A stretch of DNA of 64,000 nt from Monocercomonoides exilis PA203. Its lineage: Eukaryota; Protista; Preaxostyla. Under the pieces are notes generated by a model. It ran no database searches and was not told the origin of the DNA. It saw only the letters and a list, made by a program, of their open reading frames with translations. This document shows, one piece after another, positions 61,664 through 64,000 of this stretch. Positions within the stretch are counted from its first letter, which is position 1. Every line of letters starts with the position of its first letter. The stretch is from NCBI GenBank assembly GCA_001643675.2, contig LSRY02000048.1, forward strand, positions 620,001-684,000. The letters run 5' to 3'. The position numbers and the translations under genes were made by a program.

Positions 61664-64000
61664 TTAAGGAAATGGAGTGGGGAGGGGCATGACGATTGGG
61701 CGGGGTGTGCGGAGTGGAGAGAGTGAAGAGCGCAGACGTGAAGTGGTGTCACCCGCACGGAACGAGGGATAAGACGGGGAAGCATACGAAGAGCCGATGA
61801 ATGTGGAGGAAGGAGATACATTTGATAGAGATGATGAAGAAGCAGAAACAGAAGAAGAAGAAGAAGAAGCAGAGGGAGAGGGAGAGGGAGAAGCGAGGGC
61901 AGATGGAGTGGTGGATGTTGTTGTTGGAAAGGGTGTCGGCTGAATGCTTCCTCTCGCAGCAGAAGGCGACACACGAGTTGAAGGCGCCCATGTGACAGTC
62001 TTCGAAGGCGTGCGGGCTTTGCCATTGGAAGAAGAGGAAGAGGAAGAAGAAGAAGAGGATGAATTGAGTGAAGAAAGATTATCAGAACGAATCGGATAAG
62101 AAGAGAGTGTGGAGAGTGTGTTGGTCAGCCCGTCCTGTGAGGAGCTGCTGAGAGGAATGGAATTCTCCTGAATGTGCGACATAAACGACGGAGTGCGTAT
62201 CGAAGGGGCGACAGACGAGGAAAGAGGAGCATTTGCAGAAGACGAAGGCGAAGAAGAAGTGTTTCCAAGCTCATTCGACCCAATCTGATGAATGTTGCTT
62301 CGCCCATCCAAATCGGAGTCGCTGCCTCCAACTTCGTCTTCGTAGCCTTCTTCGCTCATATTTTTGCGTCTTCTGCTTTTGCTTCCACTTCCACTCATTC
62401 CTCTGCTTCTGCTTGTGCTTCGTGTTCTTTCTCGTTTTGATGCATCAAATGCATTTGAAGTTGACTGATATCCCATCGATTTTCTTGTGTTTCCTTTTCT
62501 CCCTCTTTCCTCTTCTTCGTCTCCTTGTTCACTCACATTCTCATCACCTGACTCATCATCAACAGCAACCAGATGTGCATCGTCTTCGTCGTTGAAGGAG
62601 CGGGTGAGATAAGCCGACGCAAGATGAATGGGCTGTGGCGGCTCATTAGATAGAGTATGCTGAAGAGGATGATATGGAAGAGGAGCAGAAGAAGGAGATG
62701 AGGATGAGGATGAGGAAGAGTGTTGTGTGCTATCTTTGTGAGAGAAGTGTGGAGTTGTGTCTGAGCCACGCGCCGACCGGAACGAAGGCGCAAATTGGCT
62801 GCCGCGAAACGGCGACGAAGCATCAGAAGACTGAGGCATTGTCATAAACATGCTGTCTCTCTTTCGCCTGCTGTCTTTGTCTTCCTCTCCAATCGGCTGT
62901 GAGCGAGACTTCCACGACGTCCCAAACGAAGTATTTCCTGCCCCATTTGATGCTTGAGCTGCTGCTGCCTTCTCCATCTGTCTAATTCTGCTCTCCATCT
63001 GCAGCCTCGAGTCCTCCCACGCCTGCTCCACCCTCACCCGCTCTGTGCCAAGCGTGTGCATCCTCGCTCTCAATGCAGTCAGCGCTGTTTCTGTGCGCCG
63101 CAGCTGCTCACTCAGCTCAGCCTCTCTCTGTTTCGCCTCTCTCCTCTCGCTGTCCATCGCCTCCTGCAGCTGAATCAGCTCCAACCTGGCTGACTCTTTC
63201 TCTTCACTCCGCAGCTTCATCTCGTGCTGCTTCTCTGCCTCGGCATCAGCCATCGCCTCTTCCTTCGCTCGCAGCTTGTCTCGCAATGCCTCTGCTGTTC
63301 GTGCTGCCGCATCTTTTACATTCGCAATTTCGTTCTCTTTCTCCTTCAGAAGCACCTCCGAAAGCGCCTTCTCCTTCTCCAGCTGTCTTTCGCTGTGGTT
63401 CTTCACTTCATTCAGCTCAGCCTCTTTCTCTTTTAGCAGCTCCATCCACTTTCTCCCTTGTGTCTCCAGCAGCTGCTGTGTGTTCTCGTCTCGCTTTTTC
63501 GCTGCCTGTGTGAACGACTCCTTCAGTGCCTCTATTTGGTTGTTCAGTTCGGTTATCTTCTCTTCTGCCTCGTGCTGCAGCTGCATAATATCCTCCTTCG
63601 CTTTAAGTGCGCTTTCTTCTTTCTCTTCTGACGCTGCTCGTGTCAGCTCTGTTATTCTCTTTCGAAACTCCTCTTCTTTCTTCCTCGCCTCTTCCATCTG
63701 CTTCTTCATCTCCTCCCTCAGCCCATTCAATTGCACCCCCGCGCTCTCTTCCTTCTCTGCCAGCACACTCTTAAACCTCGCCTCTGCATCTGCCTCTCTC
63801 TGCCTCGTGTCGCTCTCCCACCTCTCCCTCTCCTTCAGATGCTCCTCCATCTGCCTCTCATACCGCTCTGACCACAGCGCTGACTGCTGCTTCAGTGCTG
63901 TGTCAGTTTCCTCGCTCTTCCTTCGCATCTCCATCCGATGCTTCTCCCTCTGTGATCTGATCTCGTCTTCGTGATCAGCAGACACTTTCTTCAGCTCTTC
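61664..64000 (-). CDS. Long coiled-coil protein with Ser-rich disordered C-terminus; 5'-partial
   Basis: ORF of at least 773 aa, open to the window edge. An E/K/R/A-rich heptad region is followed by an S/P-rich tail. Stop is TAA at 61664-66. Confidence 0.75.
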   Translation of the reverse strand, partial: EELKKVSADHEDEIRSQREKHRMEMRRKSEETDTALKQQSALWSERYERQMEEHLKERERWESDTRQREADAEARFKSVLAEKEESAGVQLNGLREEMKKQMEEARKKEEEFRKRITELTRAASEEKEESALKAKEDIMQLQHEAEEKITELNNQIEALKESFTQAAKKRDENTQQLLETQGRKWMELLKEKEAELNEVKNHSERQLEKEKALSEVLLKEKENEIANVKDAAARTAEALRDKLRAKEEAMADAEAEKQHEMKLRSEEKESARLELIQLQEAMDSERREAKQREAELSEQLRRTETALTALRARMHTLGTERVRVEQAWEDSRLQMESRIRQMEKAAAAQASNGAGNTSFGTSWKSRSQPIGEEDKDSRRKRDSMFMTMPQSSDASSPFRGSQFAPSFRSARGSDTTPHFSHKDSTQHSSSSSSSSPSSAPLPYHPLQHTLSNEPPQPIHLASAYLTRSFNDEDDAHLVAVDDESGDENVSEQGDEEEERGRKGNTRKSMGYQSTSNAFDASKRERTRSTSRSRGMSGSGSKSRRRKNMSEEGYEDEVGGSDSDLDGRSNIHQIGSNELGNTSSSPSSSANAPLSSSVAPSIRTPSFMSHIQENSIPLSSSSQDGLTNTLSTLSSYPIRSDNLSSLNSSSSSSSSSSSSNGKARTPSKTVTWAPSTRVSPSAARGSIQPTPFPTTTSTTPSALASPSPSPSASSSSSSVSASSSSLSNVSPSSTFIGSSYASPSYPSFRAGDTTSRLRSSLSPLRTPRPIVMPLPTPFP

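Overview
AT-rich eukaryotic DNA with short (about 50-110 nt) GT-AG introns, read in the standard genetic code. The gene families resemble those of the oxymonad Monocercomonoides (inference, not a database result). The window has two compartments. The first (about 1-50.9 kb) is accessory and turning over rapidly. It holds three large Cys-rich type-I surface proteins (one with a cytoplasmic pseudokinase), several surface-protein pseudogene fragments, and seven copies or fragments of a 3-exon helical protein family, only two clearly intact. It also holds several DNA transposons. The second compartment (51.3-64 kb) is a compact housekeeping block: syntaxin-6-like Qc-SNARE, an unknown 2-exon gene, DNAAF4/DYX1C1, condensin kleisin CAP-H and a coiled-coil gene. 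The main find is a pair of back-to-back non-autonomous TIR elements (30415-33936 and 33945-37897). They have GATA...TATC termini, long internally repetitive inverted arms and 5-bp TA(A/T)TA target-site duplications, and each carries host gene fragments instead of a transposase (Pack-type gene-capture elements). The window also contains a complete Merlin/IS1595-type element (TIRs, 8-bp TSD) whose transposase has two spliceosomal introns and is interrupted by a TA-inserted pogo-like MITE. DNAAF4 and CAP-H are divergent, with only 39 bp between their predicted start codons.
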